Source: Clostridia bacterium (GTDB lineage: Bacteria; Bacillota; Clostridia; TANB77; RGIG9151). Taken from it: a DNA stretch of 32,000 nucleotides. Where the stretch lies: the NCBI GenBank assembly GCA_017934955.1, contig JAGBIO010000006.1, forward strand, positions 67,639-99,638, read 5' to 3'. Below, piece after piece: positions 25,385 through 32,000 of this stretch. A program made the translations under genes and the position numbers. Each line of letters opens with the position of its first letter. Positions within the stretch are counted from its first letter, which is position 1. The notes under the pieces are model-generated. The model was given only the letters and a program-made list of their open reading frames with translations. It was not told the origin of the DNA and did not search any database.

Positions 25385-25954
25385 ATGCTTGATTATAATA
25401 GATATAAGAAATGTAAGAATACTTATGATAATTATATTGTTATATTAGAGTATAAATCATATATACAACTTTTTGATGTTGATGCATATATTATAGCTAA
25501 AATTTTAGACGTAGTCGATAAAATAGAAATTCTTGATGAATGTCAAACTCTTGAATTTAGTGTAGACATGTTAAAAAATATAGAAGAAAAATTAAGAAAA
25601 GATGGAATTAATTATATTATAATGAGAATGGACAAAAATATTTTGACTAAAGTGAGGTTTAATGTTAAAAGTAAATATGAAGAACTATGTCAAGAGGCAA
25701 AAATTAATCAATATATAAATAGTAAAAGAAATGCAAATTATGAACAGAAAGAAATTAGTGAAAATATTCCAAATAAGTTTGATGATATATGTTTTACTTG
25801 CATGAAATATCGTGGAAATGAATGTTTTGGAGGTCAAGTGTGTGATTTATATAAGAAATCACCTGATGTCTCAAAAGAAGAAATAAAAAATTGGCCAGAG
25901 TATGGAAGTGCTACATTTTATAAGTTAAAAGGTTATCATAGAAATAGAAAATGA
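25385..25954 (+). CDS. Hypothetical protein, possible MutS-domain-I-like N-terminus plus Cys-rich C-terminus
   Basis: AAGGAG lies 5 nt upstream of ATG 25385, and the gene has its own terminator. [38 protein letters not shown] aligns without gaps by eye to the MutS block [38 protein letters not shown]. C-terminal cluster: [18 protein letters not shown]. Confidence 0.7.
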   Translation: MLDYNRYKKCKNTYDNYIVILEYKSYIQLFDVDAYIIAKILDVVDKIEILDECQTLEFSVDMLKNIEEKLRKDGINYIIMRMDKNILTKVRFNVKSKYEELCQEAKINQYINSKRNANYEQKEISENIPNKFDDICFTCMKYRGNECFGGQVCDLYKKSPDVSKEEIKNWPEYGSATFYKLKGYHRNRK

Positions 25955-25980
25955 ACTACATTTGTAGTTCATTTTTGTTT
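25953..25980 (+). terminator. Rho-independent terminator
   Basis: GAACTAC (25953-25959) pairs with GTAGTTC (25964-25970) and is followed by ATTTTTGTTT. Confidence 0.6.
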
Positions 25981-25995
25981 AAAGGAGTTGATTCA

Positions 25996-27166
25996 ATGTG
26001 GTTTAGAAATAAAACAAGAGCAGATTCAGTAACAATATGGCTAAATGGTAGTGATGCAAGAGATATATTATGTCCAAGTGGTTATACTCCACTTTCAAAG
26101 AATGAAGAAATAAGGCGATGCACTCATAAAATTGCTGACTTAGTATCCAATATGACTATAATGTTAATGCAAAATAGTACAAATGGAGATGTAAGAATAA
26201 AGAACAATCTTTCAAAAAAAGATAGATATTTATCCCAATAACAATATAATTCGTAAGAACTTCATATATAAAATAGTTACAGATATGATATTAACAGGTA
26301 ATGTAATAGTTTTGCCAAAGATAAAGAATAACTTAATAGATGACTTACAAATTCTAAATATAGATAGAGTAAGTTTTGAGGATGATGGAGAAAGTTACAA
26401 GATAAGATATGGAAGTATGATATTTTATCCTGATGAGTTTCTTCATTTTATTTTAATTCCTGATGATGATTATCCTTACAAAGGACAGGGATATACACTC
26501 ACAATAAAAGAAACTGTTTTGAATTTGTTGCAAGCAAATGCAACTAAAACAGGTTTTTTGAAATCCAAGTGGAAACCATCAATGATAATGTCTATCAATG
26601 CAGATGTTGAAGAATTGCAAGATCCTGAAAAAAGAAATAAGATACTTGGAAGTTACACTAAAACAACAGAAGTTGGTGAGCCATGGATAATTCCAGCTGG
26701 AGAAATAGATATTAAAACCATTCAACCTTTAACATTATAAGACCTCGCCATACAAGATAGTATTACTTTAGATACAAAGAAAATAGCGAGTGCCTTTGGA
26801 ATACCAGCTTTTATGGTTGGAATAGGGGAGTTTAAGAAAGAAGAATATAATAATTATATTTCGACAGTAATAATGTCATTCGCTCAGCTTATTCAATAGG
26901 AATTAAGCAAAAAATTATTATATGACCCAACGATGTATTTTAAGTTTTCTCCACGAAGTTTAATGCGGTATGATTTAGGAGAAAAAACGACCTATGTAAA
27001 AGAAATGGTTTCAGGTGGAATGCTAAACCGAAATGAAGGCAAAAACGAATTTGATTATTCGCCAGTAGATAATGAGGGAATGAGTGAATATATAGTGCTT
27101 GAAAATTATATACCAGTGGCAAAGGTAGGAGAACAAGAAAAGTTGCAAAAAGGAAATGTAATGTGA
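25996..27166 (+). pseudogene. Phage portal protein (HK97-type) with one frameshift and two nonsense codons
   Basis: There is a frame change at the A7 run (26214-26220), an in-frame TAA at 26738-26740 and a TAG at 26897-26899. The concatenated translation reads through as one portal-like protein: ...PWIIPAGEIDIKTIQPLTL*DLAIQDSITLDTKKIASAFGIPAFMVG.... Confidence 0.75.
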
Positions 27167-27196
27167 TATATTTTATATAAATATTAATTTTTATAG

Positions 27197-27571
27197 GTGA
27201 TAAAATTGAAATTAAAAAATTTTTTAATCGTTGTTAATGATATTGAAGGAGCAGTAAGATTTTATGAAGATTTATTTGGATTAAAGCCAATAGTAGATAA
27301 CGATGGGAATATAATTATGACAGATGGGCTTGTTTTACAAGATAGAAAATATTGGAGTGAATTTATTAACAAAGATATAAAATTTGAAAACAATTCAGCT
27401 GAATTATATTTTGAAGAAGAAAATATAGAAGAATTTATTATAAAGTTAGAAGCTTTATATCCACAAGTAAAATATGTTAATCGATTAATGACACATTCAT
27501 GGGGACAGAAAGTAATTAGATTTTATGATTTGGATGGGAATCTTATTGAAGTTGGAACACCAGTGAAATAA
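27197..27571 (+). CDS. VOC (glyoxalase/bleomycin-resistance) family protein
   Basis: LKNFLIVVNDIEGAVRFYEDLFGLKP and IRFYDLDGNLIEV are typical VOC beta-alpha-beta modules. The start is either GTG 27197 or TTG 27206. Confidence 0.75.
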   Translation: MIKLKLKNFLIVVNDIEGAVRFYEDLFGLKPIVDNDGNIIMTDGLVLQDRKYWSEFINKDIKFENNSAELYFEEENIEEFIIKLEALYPQVKYVNRLMTHSWGQKVIRFYDLDGNLIEVGTPVK

Positions 27572-27591
27572 ATGAATTGGAGGATATAAGT

Positions 27592-28008
27592 ATGATTTCA
27601 ATAGAGTATAAAGACAAATTAACTGATGAGATTTATGAAATGCTCGATGAAGAATTTAATAAATATGCAAAGAAGAATTGTGTAGAATGTAACTATAAAG
27701 ATTTTAATTTTGTAGCTAAAGATGGAGAAAAAATAGTTGGATTAATAACATGGCATTCATATTATGATGAGATACACGTTGGTGACTTAATAATTCTTGA
27801 AGAGTACCGAAATCAACAAATAGGCAGTCACTTGATAAAGAGTGTTGAGGAATATTTTAAAGGTAAAGAATTCAAAAATATTAATCTTACAACATATGAA
27901 TTTCAAGCCCCTGAATTTTACGAAAAATGTGGGTATGAGCTTGAATTTGTAAGAGAAAATAAGGCTAATCCTAAATTAAATAAATACTTTTTCATAAAGC
28001 ACTTTTAA
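27592..28008 (+). CDS. GNAT family N-acetyltransferase
   Basis: Acetyl-CoA motif region LIILEEYRNQQIGSHLIKSVEEY, plus FYEKCGYE. GGAGG lies 6 nt upstream of ATG 27592. Confidence 0.8.
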   Translation: MISIEYKDKLTDEIYEMLDEEFNKYAKKNCVECNYKDFNFVAKDGEKIVGLITWHSYYDEIHVGDLIILEEYRNQQIGSHLIKSVEEYFKGKEFKNINLTTYEFQAPEFYEKCGYELEFVRENKANPKLNKYFFIKHF

Positions 28009-28075
28009 TTTGATCGAATTCGATCCAATTAAAGGTGCTATGTCAATAGTTGGGGTTCACTTCAAGATCCGAAAA

Positions 28076-28236
28076 GTTACAGGTCAGACTTAAATTTATA
28101 GGGAAGGCATAAACACTGTAGGGACAGCATTCATGCTATCCTGCTTTCCGCCTTTTCTGTGGACAGCATAAATGCTGTCCCTACAATGATTAAGAAACAT
28201 TTTAAGGTATATATAAGGTTCATTCAGAACTGTAAC
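28076..28236. mobile_element. MITE-like element, copy 4 (161 bp, subfamily A, central segment inverted)
   Basis: TIRs are GTTACAGGTCAGACT (28076-28090) and ATTCAGAACTGTAAC (28222-28236; 12/15 match to the consensus). Hairpins lie at 28118-28141 and 28161-28184. TCCGAAAA flanks it at 28068-28075 and 28237-28244. Confidence 0.8.
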
Positions 28237-28244
28237 TCCGAAAA

Positions 28245-28415
28245 GTTACAATTCAGACTCAAACTTATAGTGAAGCCAGAAATACTGTAGGGACACAATT
28301 TATTGTGTCCGAGAAATAAGCCGATATTTAGAATTAGGACACAATGAATTGTGTCCCTACAAAGGAATACAGAACATTTCGGCCATATAGAAAATTATTA
28401 AGTCTGATTAGTAAC
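28245..28415. mobile_element. MITE-like element, copy 5 (171 bp, subfamily B stems)
   Basis: TIRs are GTTACAATTCAGACT (28245-28259) and AGTCTGATTAGTAAC (28401-28415). Hairpins are GTAGGGACACAATTTATTGTGTCC and GGACACAATGAATTGTGTCCCTAC. TCCGAAAA flanks it at 28237-28244 and 28416-28423. Confidence 0.8.
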
Positions 28416-28659
28416 TCCGAAAAGTATTTTCTGCCCTTACTTTTTGCATAAAGATGCTTATTAGAGTGAGTTAGGAGAAGTAGGCTTGAAGAAAGAGTAA
28501 GAAATTTTATGAAAAATGAAATGTAGATTTTATGTGAATTTTAAGTTTTCGCGAATCCCATTTGGATGACGGGATCCGCTTTGATAAAACTAATGCTATG
28601 ATTTTCTTCTGCCGATATGTTCTATATAAAAAGAATATTTTGGGAGATGAGGAATTAGG

Positions 28660-30387
28660 ATGTCAAGAGTCATTGATGATACGATATTATGTGATGCTTT
28701 GTTTGGATATGAGGAACTCGGTGATTTTTATGAATACGATATTGATGTTGAAGAATTTAGACAAGCTCTTAATAAAATTGAAAAATTGACAATTAATATT
28801 AAGCGTAGAGATGTATTAACAGAAGAAACCTTAGAGCAACTTAATTTACTCTTAAAGTATATGCAAAATTTGAAAGAATTAAGACTAAATAATAGAGCTA
28901 AAGAAAGAGCGGATATATCCTCTATTTTTGAGCAAATAACTTCGAATATAGAACTGATGCGTTTAGAAGGATTTGATTTGCCGAATGGTATTAGCCATGA
29001 TCTTGCTAACCAATTAGAAGAAATGCGATATTTTTCAATTTCCAAATGTAATATCTCTCAAATACCTCTTTTCCCTAAAGATGGTTGTCGGATAGTAATA
29101 GAGGAAGGAGTTACAGGAATATCGGATAGGGAATGTATTGATTTTTGTACAAAAAGAGAAGTAAAAAATAGTTTGTATGTTTCGGGAAATGATGAAGTTA
29201 TGAAAATGATAAGAGCTTTAGATGGTGAACCGTTGCCACTTGCTTTATATCAAAAATATAAAGACTTTATTCATAGATTCGGAGATATATGTATTTCAAT
29301 AGATGATGTAAGCCGGATAAATTTAGAACAGTTAGAAGAATTAAGATGTGATCAACATATAAAAAATATAGCGATAGAAGGTGGATGTTATAGTGTTGGT
29401 GACAAAAGCAATTGGTATTCGTTAGATGAATATGCGGCAGTTAGAAGAGAAATAGATAACATGATATCTCAAATAAAAATGCCGGAACAAGGTGATTTAG
29501 ATAGGGAGAAAAAAATATTTGCTCAAGTATATAAGTTACTTGGTAAAAGAATAAGTTATGACCATTATGCAGTTGATAATGCTGAAGGTAAATTAGATAC
29601 GGAACTTCAACATAATTGTAGAAATATGAAAAACGGGCTGCTTGGTATAGACAGAAATGGAAAAATTGAATATTTATCTGTTTGTGCAGGGTATGCAGAT
29701 ATTCTAAGAAATGTATTGGCGTGTTTCGATATAGAAGGAGAATTTGTAAGATCTAAGTCGGAAGTACAATTGGAAATTCGTAATGGGGCATATGAAGAAA
29801 AGAAGGATGAAAGCGGAAAAACAATTTATAAGAATGGCACGACAGATCCGATGGGACATGCTTATAATTTAGTACGGCTGGATGGTCGGAAATTTTATTG
29901 CGATTTAACATGGGATGCCAATAATATTAAGGTAGACAGATTTCCTTTGTGGAATTTTTTAAACTCGTATGAGCATTTTATGAAAAGCCATGAGGATGTT
30001 GGTTTTGATGAGAGAATGGCGGATAAGGAGGCAAATTTTTCTTTGCCGTTTGAAGATCAACAGCAGTTGTTTGGAGGGATTGCGAAAGAAGAAATAATGC
30101 AAATGATGCAAGAAAATTATTTGAGCGGATTTGTATCTCAATATTTGGAGTCTATAAAGCAAGGAGGGAAAGAAGTCGATTCCAAAACATTCTTAGATAT
30201 GATGCGTATTATAAAACAAGTAGAACAAGCTATTTTTAATAGAGCAGAAAATAAAGTTGCTAATATGCGTGTGAATATAGGAAGTGAGCCGTTTGTTTTT
30301 GAAACCGGAGATACTTCTAAATTGAATAATATGAAAAAGGATATAAATAGAAGGAGGATGAGGGAAAGTGGACATGAATCACGATAA
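28660..30387 (+). CDS. Cytoplasmic protein with LRR-like N-terminal region and transglutaminase-like Cys-His-Asp domain
   Basis: GAGGAA RBS upstream. Transglutaminase-core pattern: FAQVYKLLGKRISYD, SVCAGYADILRNVLACF (Cys) and GHAYNLVRLDGRKFYCDLTWD (His, Asp). The N-terminus has L-x-x-L-x-L periodicity. No signal peptide or TM segment. Confidence 0.8.
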   Translation: MSRVIDDTILCDALFGYEELGDFYEYDIDVEEFRQALNKIEKLTINIKRRDVLTEETLEQLNLLLKYMQNLKELRLNNRAKERADISSIFEQITSNIELMRLEGFDLPNGISHDLANQLEEMRYFSISKCNISQIPLFPKDGCRIVIEEGVTGISDRECIDFCTKREVKNSLYVSGNDEVMKMIRALDGEPLPLALYQKYKDFIHRFGDICISIDDVSRINLEQLEELRCDQHIKNIAIEGGCYSVGDKSNWYSLDEYAAVRREIDNMISQIKMPEQGDLDREKKIFAQVYKLLGKRISYDHYAVDNAEGKLDTELQHNCRNMKNGLLGIDRNGKIEYLSVCAGYADILRNVLACFDIEGEFVRSKSEVQLEIRNGAYEEKKDESGKTIYKNGTTDPMGHAYNLVRLDGRKFYCDLTWDANNIKVDRFPLWNFLNSYEHFMKSHEDVGFDERMADKEANFSLPFEDQQQLFGGIAKEEIMQMMQENYLSGFVSQYLESIKQGGKEVDSKTFLDMMRIIKQVEQAIFNRAENKVANMRVNIGSEPFVFETGDTSKLNNMKKDINRRRMRESGHESR

Positions 30388-30682
30388 TTATTCAATTGAT
30401 AAGGATGTATGTAGAGAAGTTTATATCATTTTGAATAAGTTGGATTTATATAATAGGCTTCCGGAAGAATTAAGAGCATATATAGAGAAAAATCAAAATA
30501 TGGAGTATAAATTTGATTTTAATGAGAAAGCACCTCTTTTTTATCAAATAAGTACCAATGAAACAAAATCTTTTTTGACGTATGTTTTTATAAAATATAT
30601 AAATACCAATAAGGCTGATATGGAATATTGCAAAAATGCAGTAATAGAAATAATGAAGAATGAAGTTTCTGAAAGTATATAA
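30374..30682 (+). CDS. Small hypothetical protein, apparently translationally coupled to the upstream gene
   Basis: ATG 30374 overlaps the upstream stop (30385-30387) by 14 nt, and GGAGGATGAGGG lies upstream. No recognised domain. The track start is GTG 30368. Confidence 0.6.
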   Translation: MNHDNYSIDKDVCREVYIILNKLDLYNRLPEELRAYIEKNQNMEYKFDFNEKAPLFYQISTNETKSFLTYVFIKYINTNKADMEYCKNAVIEIMKNEVSESI

Positions 30683-30915
30683 TGTTTTAATGAGCGGAGT
30701 AGTTTTCTGTATGTCAGGATAGTGATTATTCAGGAAAGCTACAAGCAATAAAATTTTTTGTACAAAGAATATATAGGATGATGTCTTGAAATTAGTGGAA
30801 TGTTTTTGGAATATTTTTTCAAAAAATTCAGCAAAATAAAATTTGAAATGTCGAGAACACCGTTCCCTATAATCGTTGCTTAATATATAAATTAAATAGG
30901 AAAGAGGAAGAGAAA

Positions 30916-32000
30916 ATGAAGGAAAAAATCTTGGAGGAAGCTCAAAAAATGAGCGAATATTTGGTTGAAAAACGCAGGTATTTACATAGAAATGCAGAGA
31001 CGGGATTTGATTTAGAAAATACGGTGAATTATGTGGAGGCGGCGCTTGTTGATATGGGGTATCAGCCGAAACGTTGCGGTAAGGCGGGACTTATTGCACT
31101 TGCGGGTGGCAAAAAGGAAGGCAAAGTGTTTCTGATTCGGGGCGATATGGATGCTTTGCCGATAAAAGAGGAAAGTGGTTTAGATTTTGCTTCGACGAAT
31201 GGGCGTATGCATGCTTGCGGGCATGATATGCATGTGGCGATGATGCTTGGAGCGGCGAAACTTTTGAAAGAACATGAAGAGGAAATTAACGGGACTGTAA
31301 AATTGATGTTTCAACCGGCGGAGGAAATCTTCGAAGGTTCTAACGATATGATAAAAAGCGGTCTTTTGGAAGAACCGAAGGTAGATGCGGCTTTGATGAT
31401 TCATGTGATGACAAATAATTCTTTTAAGCCGGGAACCGTAATCGTTTCTTCACCGGGAGTCAGTGCGCCGGCGGCGGATTATTTTGAAATAAAAATTCAA
31501 GGAAGCGGATGTCATGGTTCTATGCCGAACAAAGGCGTGGATCCGATTAATGTGGCGGCAAATATTTTTCTTGCTTTACAGGAGATTAACGCAAGAGAAA
31601 TTTCTGTGACGGAAAAGGCTGTTTTAACGATTGGAACTTTTCATGCCGGCAGTACGGCGAATGTTATTCCGGATACGGCTGTCATGGGAGGAACACTTAG
31701 AACATATAATGAGGGGACGAGGACTTTTATTAAGAAGAGAATGCAGGAAGTTTCAGAGGGAATAGCAAAATCGTTTCGAGCGAATGCGGAGGTGGTTTTC
31801 GGAAGCAGATGTCCTACCTTGGTGAATGATAAAGAACTTTCTTACAGCACTTCGGAATATGTGAAAGATTTGCTTGGAGAAGAGATGGCGTTTACGGTGG
31901 AGGAGCTCAATCGTATGTCCGGAAATGAAGAATCTGCTAAAAGTGCCGGTTCGGAGGATTTTGCGTATGTGAGTCATGAAGTTCCTTCGATTATGTTGGC
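30916..32000 (+). CDS. M20 family amidohydrolase (N-acyl-amino-acid amidohydrolase type), partial
   Basis: Not in the ORF track because it runs off the window. AGAGGAAGAG RBS, ATG 30916. Translation: MKEKILEEAQKMSEYLVEKRRYLHRNAETGFDL...IRGDMDALPI...MHACGHDMH...MFQPAEE. These are M20D metal-site blocks. Confidence 0.85.
   Translation, partial: MKEKILEEAQKMSEYLVEKRRYLHRNAETGFDLENTVNYVEAALVDMGYQPKRCGKAGLIALAGGKKEGKVFLIRGDMDALPIKEESGLDFASTNGRMHACGHDMHVAMMLGAAKLLKEHEEEINGTVKLMFQPAEEIFEGSNDMIKSGLLEEPKVDAALMIHVMTNNSFKPGTVIVSSPGVSAPAADYFEIKIQGSGCHGSMPNKGVDPINVAANIFLALQEINAREISVTEKAVLTIGTFHAGSTANVIPDTAVMGGTLRTYNEGTRTFIKKRMQEVSEGIAKSFRANAEVVFGSRCPTLVNDKELSYSTSEYVKDLLGEEMAFTVEELNRMSGNEESAKSAGSEDFAYVSHEVPSIML

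Noticed and set aside
28562-28789. 75-aa plus-strand ORF overlapping the start of the transglutaminase-like gene
   Set aside because: It uses a non-ATG start without an RBS and overlaps the better-supported 28660 CDS in another frame.

Overview
This 32-kb window looks like chromosome from a low-GC, spore-forming Firmicute, probably Clostridia-like. That assignment is inferred from yunB, gene content and Shine-Dalgarno style, not from any search.

**Core region (1 to about 21.5 kb).** Housekeeping-type genes: a partial MYG1/UPF0160 hydrolase, a SWIM-SNF2 helicase, a DD-carboxypeptidase, yebC, a U32 peptidase, a degenerate HD-GYP protein, topB, truB, dgkA and yunB. It ends in a four-tRNA cluster (Val-Asp-Phe-Gly).

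**Most unusual coding content.** Two large tandem paralogous membrane ATPases (15482-20298) carry type-IV-coupling-protein (TraG/TraD/VirD4-like) motifs. No relaxase, VirB4 or other conjugation gene is nearby.

**Repeats in the core intergenic regions.**
- A MITE-like element of about 154-171 bp has 15-bp terminal inverted repeats and 8-bp target-site duplications. Each copy carries two copies of a 9-13 bp palindromic hairpin (GTAGGGACAGCAT..ATGCTGTCC).
- The hairpin also occurs solo, in a compensatory-mutated subfamily, and once split by a 92-nt insert.
- A second hairpin family has the core GGGGACGTTTCCATTTTGC.

**Accessory region (tRNA-Gly to about 30.9 kb).** The sequence turns visibly AT-richer and looks like a composite island. 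It contains:
- a 13-nt duplication of the tRNA-Gly 3' end (att-like), a truncated tyrosine integrase and a DUF4314 gene;
- a secreted beta-propeller-like protein;
- a decayed prophage (terminase and portal pseudogenes) that retains intact cargo genes (a MutS-domain-I-like protein, VOC, GNAT);
- a tandem MITE pair;
- a two-gene module: an LRR-like/transglutaminase-like Cys-His-Asp protein plus an overlapping small ORF.

Core sequence resumes with a partial M20 amidohydrolase. All calls come from reading the sequence and from motif knowledge; nothing was searched or computed.
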